Below, in pieces: positions 1 to 8,960 of a stretch of 62,216 nucleotides of DNA. Source of the stretch: an uncultured Bacilli bacterium. GTDB taxonomy: Bacteria > Bacillota_I > Bacilli_A > RF39 > UBA660. Position 1 is the first letter of the stretch, and every line of letters begins with the position of its first letter. The position numbers and the translations under genes were made by a program. Location of the stretch: the NCBI GenBank assembly GCA_944358675.1, contig CALVRN010000006.1:1-62216 (forward strand). Direction: 5' to 3'. The notes under the pieces are model-generated. The model was given only the letters and a program-made list of their open reading frames with translations. It was not told the origin of the DNA and did no database searches.

Positions 1-150
1 ACATAATATTAAATAAAAAAGACGTGGCACGTTTTGTTGAAACTATGTTTCAATGAAAGTGGCGATAGTCTTTTTTTGCAATATAAAAACAACACATTAC
101 CTTAATTGATAAATGTGTTGTTTTGGGTTTCCAAAGGGAAAACCCTTTGG

Positions 151-190
151 CACACATCGATATTGGCGAAGCCAATATCGTAGTGTGTTA
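151..190 (+). other. oriT: MOBV (pMV158-family) origin of transfer
   Basis: CACAC-AT-CGATATTGGC-GAA-GCCAATATCG-TAGTGTGTTA: perfect 10-bp hairpin followed by TAGTGTGTTA, the conserved nick region of pMV158-type oriT; MOBV relaxase gene 3 kb away. Confidence 0.8.
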
Positions 191-230
191 CTTATTTGTC
201 GAAAATAAGTCCTTCTAATTATAAAGAAGG

Positions 231-608
231 TTATTTTAATACTAGTTGCTTATGTGTACCTCTGACGAACATTTCTTCAGAAGTGTGGACATAATCTTCT
301 GATGAGATTTCTAAAAGTTCTTGCAATTCTTCTAAAGACAAATTATTTAGTACTTCTAATGCTAGATCATAACCAGGACCTGACCAACGACGTCCAATGC
401 TTCGTGGATCATCCTTATCTCTAGGGGTTCTTGATTTTTTATCTTTCATAAAATCATCCATATCTGCATATTCTTCATGACCATGTCCAGCAGTAATATC
501 ATCTGGTTTGGTATAAGGATACCTATCAACACGTCCATTTTGTTGAACATCAGTTTTAGCAACAACATTACCTTCGTCATCTGCACTAAACCATCCCCAT
601 TTACCCAT
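231..608 (-). CDS. Hypothetical protein (GHGH motif), element cargo
   Basis: 125-aa ORF, GGAGGTG RBS, TAATG overlap with upstream ORF; no recognised family. Confidence 0.7.
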   Translation of the reverse strand: MGKWGWFSADDEGNVVAKTDVQQNGRVDRYPYTKPDDITAGHGHEEYADMDDFMKDKKSRTPRDKDDPRSIGRRWSGPGYDLALEVLNNLSLEELQELLEISSEDYVHTSEEMFVRGTHKQLVLK

Positions 609-1237
609 TATCTCACCTCCTTTAAATCTATATAATCAACGATTTTGTTTGATTTATCGTTAATTATTTCAATTCTGTAAAAATCTGGAAGGAAACCTTT
701 ATAAACTTTCATTGCTAATTCTAAAACTTCATGAGTAGATAATTTTTTTTCATCTAAAGCATAATAATCGTCCCAATCCATAAGACCATCAAAATCATTA
801 TATAACTGTTCGGGTTTTGGTGTTGCCATACTACTGGTTTCGGTGGTTCCGTCGTTGTAATAGTACTTAAATTTATAAATACAATTATCGTAATTGTCTT
901 CAATTCTAACATCTATTGCTTCACCACTATTTGGGTCATATAACAAATGGCCTTTTTTACCATCAACTAAGCACTCACTTTTATCGACATAGCCCAATAT
1001 TTCACTAGTATCATTATCAATAATATCTATACGATAAATATCATTAAAATTTTTTTCGTATTCGTTTATTGCAAGTTCTAAAAATTTATAAAAGTCTTGT
1101 TTTTCATTTAAGGTTGTCTTAAACGCATTATTTTTAGTTAATTCTTGAATTTCATTATCAAAGTCTTCAATGTTTTTGTAAACATTATCACTTAATTTTG
1201 TACTACCATCTTTAAAATAATATTTAAACCTATACAT
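608..1237 (-). CDS. Hypothetical protein made of two tandem homologous domains
   Basis: YRFKYYFKDGST...LELA...YRIDIID repeated as YKFKYYYNDGTT...LELA...YRIEIIN; AGGAG RBS. Confidence 0.75.
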   Translation of the reverse strand: MYRFKYYFKDGSTKLSDNVYKNIEDFDNEIQELTKNNAFKTTLNEKQDFYKFLELAINEYEKNFNDIYRIDIIDNDTSEILGYVDKSECLVDGKKGHLLYDPNSGEAIDVRIEDNYDNCIYKFKYYYNDGTTETSSMATPKPEQLYNDFDGLMDWDDYYALDEKKLSTHEVLELAMKVYKGFLPDFYRIEIINDKSNKIVDYIDLKEVR

Positions 1238-1277
1238 ATAATCATCTCCTTTAATTTGATTATATATTGATTTTTTA

Positions 1278-2177
1278 TTAAAGTAAACTACCTATTTTTC
1301 TTTTAATTAATTTTTTTTCTTGACAATTATTAATAGTTATTTCATTTTCTTTTAATAAATCTTCAAGCTGTATATTTCCTAATAAAACTTCATTGATTTT
1401 TAAAATTATATTATCCTTATCGTTATTAGTTCCATATAAATATTTATTAAATAGTTTTTCCGCCTCTAAAATAGAAATAATACACATGGATAATTTAGTC
1501 TTCTGATAGAGTGATAAATTTGTATTTTTATAGCTATTTATTGCTTTAAATAATCTTATCAATCTTAATTTCTCATTAGTTTTTAAAGTTTCATAATTAT
1601 TATCTACGTATAAAGCAGTTAATTTATCAAAAAATATAGGTAACACTTCACTGTGAATATAATTATTTACTCCATTATTAAATTCTAGTTGGGAATGTAC
1701 AATTTCATGAGCATATATTCCTGGTGTTAATATAGATAATTTATTAGTAATTACAAATTCAGTAAATATAAGTTTTTCTATTTCTCCGTTAACTCCTAAA
1801 AACATAGGGTTACAATAACCACCTTCAAATCCTAATGTATCATCAGATAGTATTGGAATATTAAATGGGTCAAGAGTAGTCAAATAATTATTAATTAAAT
1901 CTATAAATGAATTAAAATCCATTTCTTTGAATTTACTAATTATTTCAAGTTTTTGTAATAAATCATAAGGTATAAAAGGTATTGATGTTAAATCAAAAGA
2001 ATTATTCAAAAACGGGAGTTTTCCTTTGTATATTAGCTCGTTAAAATCATCATCAGATAACTGTGATAGTCTAGGTTGTTTTAAATCTTGTAACATATCA
2101 GCAATATCTAACAAATCTGAAGTTAAAGATATTGGTTGAACTTCATAATATGATTTACTTTTAAAACACTTTTTCAT
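1278..2177 (-). CDS. Putative zinc metallopeptidase (HEXXH plus downstream E)
   Basis: YAHEIVH motif followed by SEVLPIFF, a gluzincin-like arrangement; GGAG RBS. Confidence 0.6.
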   Translation of the reverse strand: MKKCFKSKSYYEVQPISLTSDLLDIADMLQDLKQPRLSQLSDDDFNELIYKGKLPFLNNSFDLTSIPFIPYDLLQKLEIISKFKEMDFNSFIDLINNYLTTLDPFNIPILSDDTLGFEGGYCNPMFLGVNGEIEKLIFTEFVITNKLSILTPGIYAHEIVHSQLEFNNGVNNYIHSEVLPIFFDKLTALYVDNNYETLKTNEKLRLIRLFKAINSYKNTNLSLYQKTKLSMCIISILEAEKLFNKYLYGTNNDKDNIILKINEVLLGNIQLEDLLKENEITINNCQEKKLIKRKIGSLL

Positions 2178-2288
2178 AGCACTATTCTCCCATTTATTAA
2201 AATTTTGCTTTATATACTATCACTATAAGTTATTTTTTTCAATAGTTTTTTTTGATTTGTACCAAAATAATTATATTTTATGAAAGTA

Positions 2289-2567
2289 TTACAGCTTTAC
2301 TTTGTAAAATTGATTACGCACCTTATCAACTTGTAACAATCTTTTTCTTACATCTTCATTATCAATATAACTATCATAAAACAACTCATCAGGTTTCATA
2401 TTAAAAGCACGAGCAATTAATAAAGCATTTTTATATGATAATCGTCTTTTATTATTTATAATCTGCCATACAAAAGGTTTAGAACACCCTAAAGCATTTG
2501 CTATATATTCATAGGTGTATTTCTTTTCTTTCATAATAGATTTTAATAATTGAAAATTAACATTCAA
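2289..2567 (-). CDS. XRE-family HTH transcriptional regulator
   Basis: TYEYIANALGCSKPFVWQIINNKRRLS HTH pattern; TTG start with AGGAGG RBS. Confidence 0.85.
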   Translation of the reverse strand: MNVNFQLLKSIMKEKKYTYEYIANALGCSKPFVWQIINNKRRLSYKNALLIARAFNMKPDELFYDSYIDNEDVRKRLLQVDKVRNQFYKVKL

Positions 2568-2602
2568 TCAGTTTTCCTCCTTTCTAAAAAAGGTAGTTAT
2601 TA

Positions 2603-2664
2603 GTCATATATGACGTCGACGTTATACAAATAAAAAAGTACAATTTAATTAGTCGTATATGACT
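2603..2664. promoter_or_regulatory. Pair of palindromic operators upstream of first XRE copy
   Basis: GTCATATATGAC (2603-2614) and AGTCGTATATGACT (2651-2664), 49 bp apart; the same pair recurs at 3020/3068. Confidence 0.7.
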
Positions 2665-2708
2665 TGTAAATAACGCACAAAATAACATGAAAGGTAGGTA
2701 ATACTTCC

Positions 2709-2933
2709 ATGAATAAAATTACAAATCAAGATAGAGTATATGTAGCTCGTAATCTTGTACATTACAGAAAAATCAAAGGATGGACACAAGAACAACTAGC
2801 TTTTGAAGCTCATACGACAAATAAATGTATTAGCGATTTAGAACTTGCTAAAAGAAACGTAAAATTAGATACAATTTCTAAAGTCGCTAAAGCATTAGAT
2901 GTACAACTATCAGACTTAACAAAAATAAACTAA
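2709..2933 (+). CDS. Small XRE HTH regulator (controller C-protein-like), copy 1
   Basis: KGWTQEQLAFEAHTTNKCISDLELAKRNVKLDTISKVAKAL. Confidence 0.9.
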   Translation: MNKITNQDRVYVARNLVHYRKIKGWTQEQLAFEAHTTNKCISDLELAKRNVKLDTISKVAKALDVQLSDLTKIN

Positions 2934-3019
2934 TTACTACCTAATTACATTATATCAGATTTATTAAAAGTAGTAATTTTTTTATTGCAAAATGTATAAA
3001 AATTATATCTATCTAATTA

Positions 3020-3081
3020 GTCATATATGACGTCGACGCAACGCAAATTAAAAAGTACAATTTAACTAGTCATATAAGACT
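3020..3081. promoter_or_regulatory. Pair of palindromic operators upstream of second XRE copy
   Basis: GTCATATATGAC (3020-3031) and AGTCATATAAGACT (3068-3081), same 49-bp spacing as first pair. Confidence 0.7.
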
Positions 3082-3122
3082 AAAATAACGCACGAAACAA
3101 TGTGAAAGGTAGGTATTTTTAT

Positions 3123-3350
3123 ATGGCAAAATTAACAAACCAAGACAGAATATATATAGCTCGTAACATTTTGCATTATAGGAAAAGTAAAGGGTGGACG
3201 CAAGAACAATTAGCCTTTGAATCTAACTCAACAAATAAATGTATTAGTGATCTAGAACTTGCTAAAAGAAATGCGACAATAGATACAGTATCCAAAGTAG
3301 CTAAAGCCCTTGGTCAAAACTTATCAACAATATCAAAGCCAGTAAAATAA
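3123..3350 (+). CDS. Small XRE HTH regulator, copy 2
   Basis: Paralogue of 2709-2933; start moved to ATG 3123 because it aligns with the copy-1 start and follows the AAAGGTAGG RBS. Confidence 0.9.
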   Translation: MAKLTNQDRIYIARNILHYRKSKGWTQEQLAFESNSTNKCISDLELAKRNATIDTVSKVAKALGQNLSTISKPVK

Positions 3351-3362
3351 TTCTACTGGCTT
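3336..3362. terminator. Hairpin between convergent XRE and mob genes
   Basis: AAGCCAGTA ... TACTGGCTT inverted repeat. Confidence 0.55.
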
Positions 3363-3367
3363 AAATC

Positions 3368-4636
3368 TTATAAACTAAAATCATCTTTATCATATTCCAT
3401 ATTCATTTGATTATAATAACTAATATCTGCATAATCAAACAATTCTTTTTCACTATCAGTATCTTTAGCAATATCATAAATATCATTACTATCAAAGTCT
3501 TTATTGTCATAATAATCTTTTATTTCTTCATTTGTGGCTTTTTGAACTTCTTTATTACCGATTATGAGTAAATGTCTAAAAAACTGCTTTATAGCCTTAA
3601 AAATGGCTTTTAAATAAGAGATAAGTTTTTTATTTTCTTGGTTCAATTTTTCATTTCTATTATGCAAATATTTAATTTCTTTTTTAATATTATCATTTTC
3701 TTTTTGAAGATATTGATAACTTTGGGTATATGTATCAACTTCATTATATACTTTCTTTAAAGCAGGTTGAATTTCCATAATTTTTTTACTTTCAGAAATA
3801 ACCTTATTCATACTGTCGAATGTATCTTTTTTAATTTTAACATATTCTTTATCAAATAAGGTTTCTTTATTAGTTTTCATTTTATTATCTAAATCGCCAA
3901 TAGCAGTTTCTAATCGTTCATTCCTAATATCTAATTTTTGACTTAATTTTCTAGTAATTTTTTTATATTCTTTAATGTTAATGTGCTTGTTATCACTATT
4001 TTTAATACCCCTTTCTAAATCAAAACCTTTATCAGTTAGTCTTTTATGGTATTTGTCTTGTAGTTCGCTTAAATGTATCTTATCTTTAATATAAGCCTTT
4101 TTTGAAATGGTATATTTTTCACGTTTTGCTCTTTTGTCATATTTTCTAATCAAAGGTACTACCACACAATGAATATGTGGTGTTTTTTCATCCATGTGAA
4201 CAACAGAGTGTAGTACTTGCTCTTTAGTATAACCTAAATCTTAATATACAAACTCCATACAAGTATCAGCCCATTTTTTAATATCATCTTTGCTCATTCC
4301 TTTAAAAAAATCGTTAGTTGCTGTGAATAATAGTTCATCAGCTACTACATTTTTAGAACGATCAAGCATTTGTTTAAAAGTTCGTTTCCTATCGGCTCTT
4401 TCATGTTTCATTCTTTCATCATGTTCCTTTTTATATTCTTTAGTAAGTTCATAAAACTCTTTAACATATTTTTCATTTAAAGGTACTAGCTGAATATTAT
4501 TTTTAGATAATTCTAATTTTATATCAGGGTTACTATTATATGCTTTTTTCTCACGCTTATTGTGTGAACCAATTTGAGCTAAATCAGATAGGGTATATAT
4601 TGGTTCACTTCTAAAGATTGCATAATTTAAACTCAT
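3368..4636 (-). pseudogene. mobV: MOBV (Mob/Pre) relaxase interrupted by a single in-frame TAA at 4241-4243
   Basis: The 131-aa and 275-aa ORFs are in one frame: EFVY*DLGYTKEQVLHSVVHMDEKTPHIH; N-terminal HNKR motif, HxDExTPHxH motif, coiled-coil C-terminus. Confidence 0.9.
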
Positions 4637-4696
4637 TTATCTACCTCTCTTTCTATTTTTTAAACAAAAAAACACCGTATAGGTGCAAATGTATAG

Positions 4697-5926
4697 TTAT
4701 ATATCTTTTTCGGTTAAAACTCCATTTTTTTCGGACAACAATTTTATTACATCTTCCGTGTTAATCTTCTTTTTTAAATATTTTTCATATAATTTCAATA
4801 AAACATTAGTTTCTATTATTAATGCATTATTTCGTTTAGCCAAATCTATCTGATTTTGATGAACTTCATTTCTTTCTGAAATTTTCTTATTTCTTTGGTG
4901 ATTTATAATCAATAAACCTTTTATATTTTCGGTAATATTCATTTCATTAATTTTATCAAAGTAATTTTGCACATGTACATCCAACTGTGAAACATTTTTA
5001 TTTGAAATAGCTTGAGAAATTCCTTTTATTTCTCCAACAAATGTAATGTTATCTTTCTTAATAAGAAAATCTTCTTTTTTCTCATCCACAAATTTTGAAG
5101 AATCATTGTCCAATAAGTCATCTAATATTTTCATTACCACTTTAGCTAGTTCATCACCAGTTTCATACAAAACCTTTTTATATTCATTATTTTGTTCTAA
5201 TTCAATATCTAACTCCGAAATTTCATCATTTATTTTTTTTATTTCATTAATTTTTTCAAGTTTTGCTTTCTTTAGTTCATCATCGTTATAAAAGCTCAAT
5301 TCAGATACCCAATCAGGAATTATCCTATTTTGTTTTTTATTTGGAAATATATAAGATAGGAAACTATTTATATGTTGTGGACTTTCAAAAATATTTAATG
5401 TTGTTAAAATAATATTATTTAATTTAATAGTAGTAATTTTATTACTAGCATTGGACTCTGTTAAGATAGAAAAATCGGCAAACTCTGTTTTTTCAAAATT
5501 AAAGTCAGATTTAAACCCTAAATTGTTAATAATAGTGGTATTTTTGCTATATGAAATTTCAATGCAGTAAAACTCAAACAAATTTTTTTCAATAATTTCA
5601 AGCCATGTTGGAATTATGTCTTTCATTTTAGTGTTTCCACTATAAGTTCCATTAATTTTTTTTTCATAACTATATGTACAATTTTGGGGTAAAACAATTA
5701 CAATATCAGATTTTTTTGCGTTGCTTAGTTCAATGGACAATGTCTTTAAATCTGAAATATTATTTAAATTACCAAATTTATTTCCTTTCCACATTTTTTC
5801 ATTAGACAAATCAATAATGTTAGTATCATAATTGTCAAATGATTCAAATTCCTTTAGCTCTGATATTTTATACTTTTCTTTAAATTTCAAGAGGTCGTTG
5901 GCATTATATGTTATTATTTGTTGCAT
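4697..5926 (-). CDS. Hypothetical protein with coiled coil and C-terminal PD-(D/E)xK nuclease-like domain
   Basis: EDFLIKKDNITFVGEIKG...VSQL fits the restriction-endonuclease-like D...ExK...QL pattern. Confidence 0.6.
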   Translation of the reverse strand: MQQIITYNANDLLKFKEKYKISELKEFESFDNYDTNIIDLSNEKMWKGNKFGNLNNISDLKTLSIELSNAKKSDIVIVLPQNCTYSYEKKINGTYSGNTKMKDIIPTWLEIIEKNLFEFYCIEISYSKNTTIINNLGFKSDFNFEKTEFADFSILTESNASNKITTIKLNNIILTTLNIFESPQHINSFLSYIFPNKKQNRIIPDWVSELSFYNDDELKKAKLEKINEIKKINDEISELDIELEQNNEYKKVLYETGDELAKVVMKILDDLLDNDSSKFVDEKKEDFLIKKDNITFVGEIKGISQAISNKNVSQLDVHVQNYFDKINEMNITENIKGLLIINHQRNKKISERNEVHQNQIDLAKRNNALIIETNVLLKLYEKYLKKKINTEDVIKLLSEKNGVLTEKDI

Positions 5927-5995
5927 TATATATCACTTCCTAAATATTTAATCTATTTTTAAATAAAACATCATCTATTATAACAAAGAAGACTA

Positions 5996-6036
5996 TATTT
6001 TAAAAGGTATGAAACACAGCTCATACCTTTTAAAAT
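5996..6036 (-). terminator. Long inverted repeat downstream of rep-like gene
   Basis: TATTTTAAAAGGTATGA ... TCATACCTTTTAAAATA. Confidence 0.6.
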
Positions 6037-6038
6037 AT

Positions 6039-6689
6039 TTAATAATCTAATTCAACTACATTATTTATTTTTTCTAAATTATTAATTAGTGAGCTTTTAA
6101 AATAAGCAAATTTATTGATAATAGGTTTATTATTCTCATCTAAACCTTTGTTATCATTCCATTTATCAGCAATATAACCACAAACTTTAGCTAAATCATA
6201 ATAGTCATATTCTTTTTGCATATCATAGAGCAAATCATAATATGCAGGTACATTAATATCGTTTCCTTCTATAAAATTTCTATTAATTAATTCTCTAATT
6301 AAAGGGAAATTTTGTTTATCTTTTTTATCTTTGTTATTAGTATTTATTTGTATATGATTTTCCGTATGCGGATTAACCGTATGCAGAAAATCTATATACG
6401 GTGGTTTTTCATAAATAGTATAATCATATTCAAATTGTCCATTACTTTTTTGATGTCTAGTTCTTATTAGGTAATGATTTTGCTCTAATTCTTTTAAAGC
6501 AGACCTTATGGCACTAATATTTTCCTTACTAATCGCTACTAAACCATTCATGGAATAATCCCAGTCGTCTGGTAAACTTAACATAAATGAAAGTAGACCT
6601 TTAGCTTTATAAGTTAAATTTTTATCTTTTAAATGATAATTAGACATTACTGTATAATTATCGTTCTTATTTATTCTGAATACTGACAT
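6039..6689 (-). CDS. Replication-initiator-like winged-HTH protein of phage/ICE type
   Basis: MSVFRINKNDNYTVMSNYHLKDKNLTYKAKGLLSFMLSLPDDW N-terminus typical of Bacillota mobile-element replication proteins; internal 15-bp repeats. Confidence 0.75.
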   Translation of the reverse strand: MSVFRINKNDNYTVMSNYHLKDKNLTYKAKGLLSFMLSLPDDWDYSMNGLVAISKENISAIRSALKELEQNHYLIRTRHQKSNGQFEYDYTIYEKPPYIDFLHTVNPHTENHIQINTNNKDKKDKQNFPLIRELINRNFIEGNDINVPAYYDLLYDMQKEYDYYDLAKVCGYIADKWNDNKGLDENNKPIINKFAYFKSSLINNLEKINNVVELDY

Positions 6690-6819
6690 TTTATTACCTC
6701 CCTTATTTTCCCCTTAAAAATTTTGAAAATAAGGTAAATCATTAGCATTTTGTAGCATTCAAGTACATTTAATTTCTTGAAAAACAAAGGGAAATAAAGC
6801 ATATATAAAATGGTACGTT

Positions 6820-6837
6820 ATCCTGTTTTCCCGACCA
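6820..6837 (+). other. attR: Attachment site: duplicated 3' end of tRNA-Pro
   Basis: ATCCTGTTTTCCCGACCA differs by one base from the Bacillus tRNA-Pro(TGG) 3' end ATCCTGTCTTCCCGACCA as recalled; no rest of tRNA upstream; followed by terminator-like hairpin at about 6850-6875. Confidence 0.75.
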
Positions 6838-6927
6838 TTTAGTTTATAATCCCTTGCTATAAAGTAAGGGTTTTATTTTACTCTTTTATAATAAAATAAA
6901 TCCCCAGTTTTTAATTAGGGATTAATT

Positions 6928-7254
6928 TTATTTTCGCTCAATATCTACGACATCAGTTATAGGAATAAGTTCATTATCTATCGTAATTAAATGAGTTGCA
7001 TTTCTACCCACTATTCTTTTAGTAACCGTACCGCTTTTTAGAGTGATTTTTACATCAGCTTTATAAATATAACTGTTGGAACTAAAGATTTCATTAATTT
7101 TTTGATTAACATTCTTTCCTTTTAATTTAGGAGCATTATCAACATTTCTATCTTCATTTTTTTCAGTTGTTCCATGGGAATAATATACATCCTCGTTATT
7201 CCCAGCCTTTCCATTAACTTTATTCGCAAATACTCCTGGTAATTTTTTTTCCAT
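6928..7254 (-). CDS. Hypothetical protein
   Basis: 108-aa ORF with GAGGTG RBS and downstream hairpin. Confidence 0.75.
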   Translation of the reverse strand: MEKKLPGVFANKVNGKAGNNEDVYYSHGTTEKNEDRNVDNAPKLKGKNVNQKINEIFSSNSYIYKADVKITLKSGTVTKRIVGRNATHLITIDNELIPITDVVDIERK

Positions 7255-7288
7255 ACTATCACCTCTAAATAATCATATGAATTAAAAT

Positions 7289-8125
7289 CTATAACTTGCT
7301 AAAAATGTCATTAATTTTTTTAGTTATAAAATTCCCTACAATAAATAAACCAATCCCAATTAATAATTCTGATAAAGAAAAATTGGTACTAAATACATCT
7401 TTTAACATAATTACTAAAGATGCTATCATAAATCCTAAAACTCCAGTATAAGCTAAAACTTTATAATATTTAAATAAATAAGTTATCATTTTAGAAATTA
7501 TAATAGTACTAATAATAAAACCACTTAAAAATAGTACAAACACACTTATATCTATACTAAAATTACTCATACCTTCAAAAATATTTAATAAAGTTTCATA
7601 CCAACCTAAAGCCATAAAAATAGCTGTTCCACTAATTCCTGGAATAATTGTTGTAGCCGATTCTATAACCCCAATAAGAAAATATACAAAATTATTAATT
7701 ACATTACTACCATTATCACTTTGAATATTAATTAAATAGTAAAGAATAGTAAAACAAATAACAAAAGTAAAAACAATTTTAAAGTTCAGCTTATTTTTTT
7801 TAATTTCTTGTGTAATTTCTGGTATTCCACCAATAATTAAGCCGACAAATAGTAACATAGTTGGTAAATAATATACATCTAGACACCACTTTACACCCTT
7901 ACATAAAAGGCCAATTCCAAAAGCCGCTCCAACTAATAAGCAAAACAAAAACTTTAAATCATTAAAACTTATTTTTAAAGGCTTTGCTATTATGCTGACA
8001 AGTCTTTCATAAACCCCAAAAGAAATCGCTATAATAGCACCACTAACGCCAGGAATAATTTTTGCTATTCCTATAATAAATCCCTTACACATTAATATAA
8101 AATATTTCATATTAAAATATATCAT
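7289..8125 (-). CDS. DUF368 family membrane protein (putative undecaprenyl-phosphate translocase)
   Basis: Two IIPG(V/I)SG motifs and multiple transmembrane segments. Confidence 0.85.
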   Translation of the reverse strand: MIYFNMKYFILMCKGFIIGIAKIIPGVSGAIIAISFGVYERLVSIIAKPLKISFNDLKFLFCLLVGAAFGIGLLCKGVKWCLDVYYLPTMLLFVGLIIGGIPEITQEIKKNKLNFKIVFTFVICFTILYYLINIQSDNGSNVINNFVYFLIGVIESATTIIPGISGTAIFMALGWYETLLNIFEGMSNFSIDISVFVLFLSGFIISTIIISKMITYLFKYYKVLAYTGVLGFMIASLVIMLKDVFSTNFSLSELLIGIGLFIVGNFITKKINDIFSKL

Positions 8126-8290
8126 TTAAACAAAATAAATATTACTATTCATATAAACAAAATAATTATGCACTTATTTAACAAATTTTATAATCAAAAT
8201 GAAAATAACATCATTTAAACAATAAGAAAAGAAAAAGAAATCACCTATGATATATTCTTATGTACAGTAATAATTAGAAAGGAAAAAAAT

Positions 8291-8908
8291 ATGGATAATG
8301 ATAATATACTTTCCTCTTTAAGTGAACACATTGCTTATTGGTACACAAGTATAAAAGGAGAAAAAGACATAGTTTTTCCAATTAATAATGCAATTAGAGA
8401 GGAAGCAAATCAAATTTTTAGAGATAGGTACCATGAAGCAAATGTAATTATAAGTGAAAAAGGAGAAATATATAAAATATCTAAAGAAATTAGCTGTCAA
8501 AGTAATATGTGGTCATATTTCTATTATTTAGATGATATGAAAAAGAACTATCGTTTAAAAAAAATCTGTAAAGAAATTTTACCATATAGTTTAACTAGTG
8601 ATAATGACACCAAACTAAACATAATAATGCAATTAAAAATACCTAGCAAGGTTTTAATTATTAAAGTAAACCCCACCGAAACAAACCAAGTAAAAGAAAT
8701 AATAAAACCATATTTAAAAAATTTAACATATATAAACAGCAAAGAAAGAAAAATCATAGCCTATCCAGATGTAATGGTTATAAAAGATAACAAAATAAAA
8801 ATTTTACTCAACTATTATCACCATCATCACATGGAAAAACATATTCAAAAAATAAAAAAAGCCTTATCAAATTATAAAGAAATAGATCTAAACATATCAA
8901 AAGTGTAA
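8291..8908 (+). CDS. Hypothetical protein
   Basis: 205-aa ORF with AAAGGA RBS. Confidence 0.65.
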   Translation: MDNDNILSSLSEHIAYWYTSIKGEKDIVFPINNAIREEANQIFRDRYHEANVIISEKGEIYKISKEISCQSNMWSYFYYLDDMKKNYRLKKICKEILPYSLTSDNDTKLNIIMQLKIPSKVLIIKVNPTETNQVKEIIKPYLKNLTYINSKERKIIAYPDVMVIKDNKIKILLNYYHHHHMEKHIQKIKKALSNYKEIDLNISKV

Positions 8909-8960
8909 TGATCTTTTTCTTTTTTTTATGGTCATGTTATAATTAAAATGAGGTGTAAAT

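Larger units (their letters stand above)
2600..3350 (+). repeat. Tandem duplication of a promoter plus XRE gene unit (about 2600-2933 and 3017-3350)
   Basis: Both copies start TTAGTCATATATGACGTCGACG, share AAAAAGTACAATTTAA, AAATAACGCAC and TGAAAGGTAGGTA, then encode highly similar proteins. Confidence 0.9.
1..6837. mobile_element. Right arm of an integrative mobilizable element (MOBV relaxase, Rep-like protein, XRE regulators, cargo), probably integrated at tRNA-Pro; continues left of the window
   Basis: Contains oriT-like site (151-190), Mob/Pre relaxase, replication-initiator-like gene, and ends in a tRNA 3'-end fragment (6820-6837). No integrase inside the window. Confidence 0.8.
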
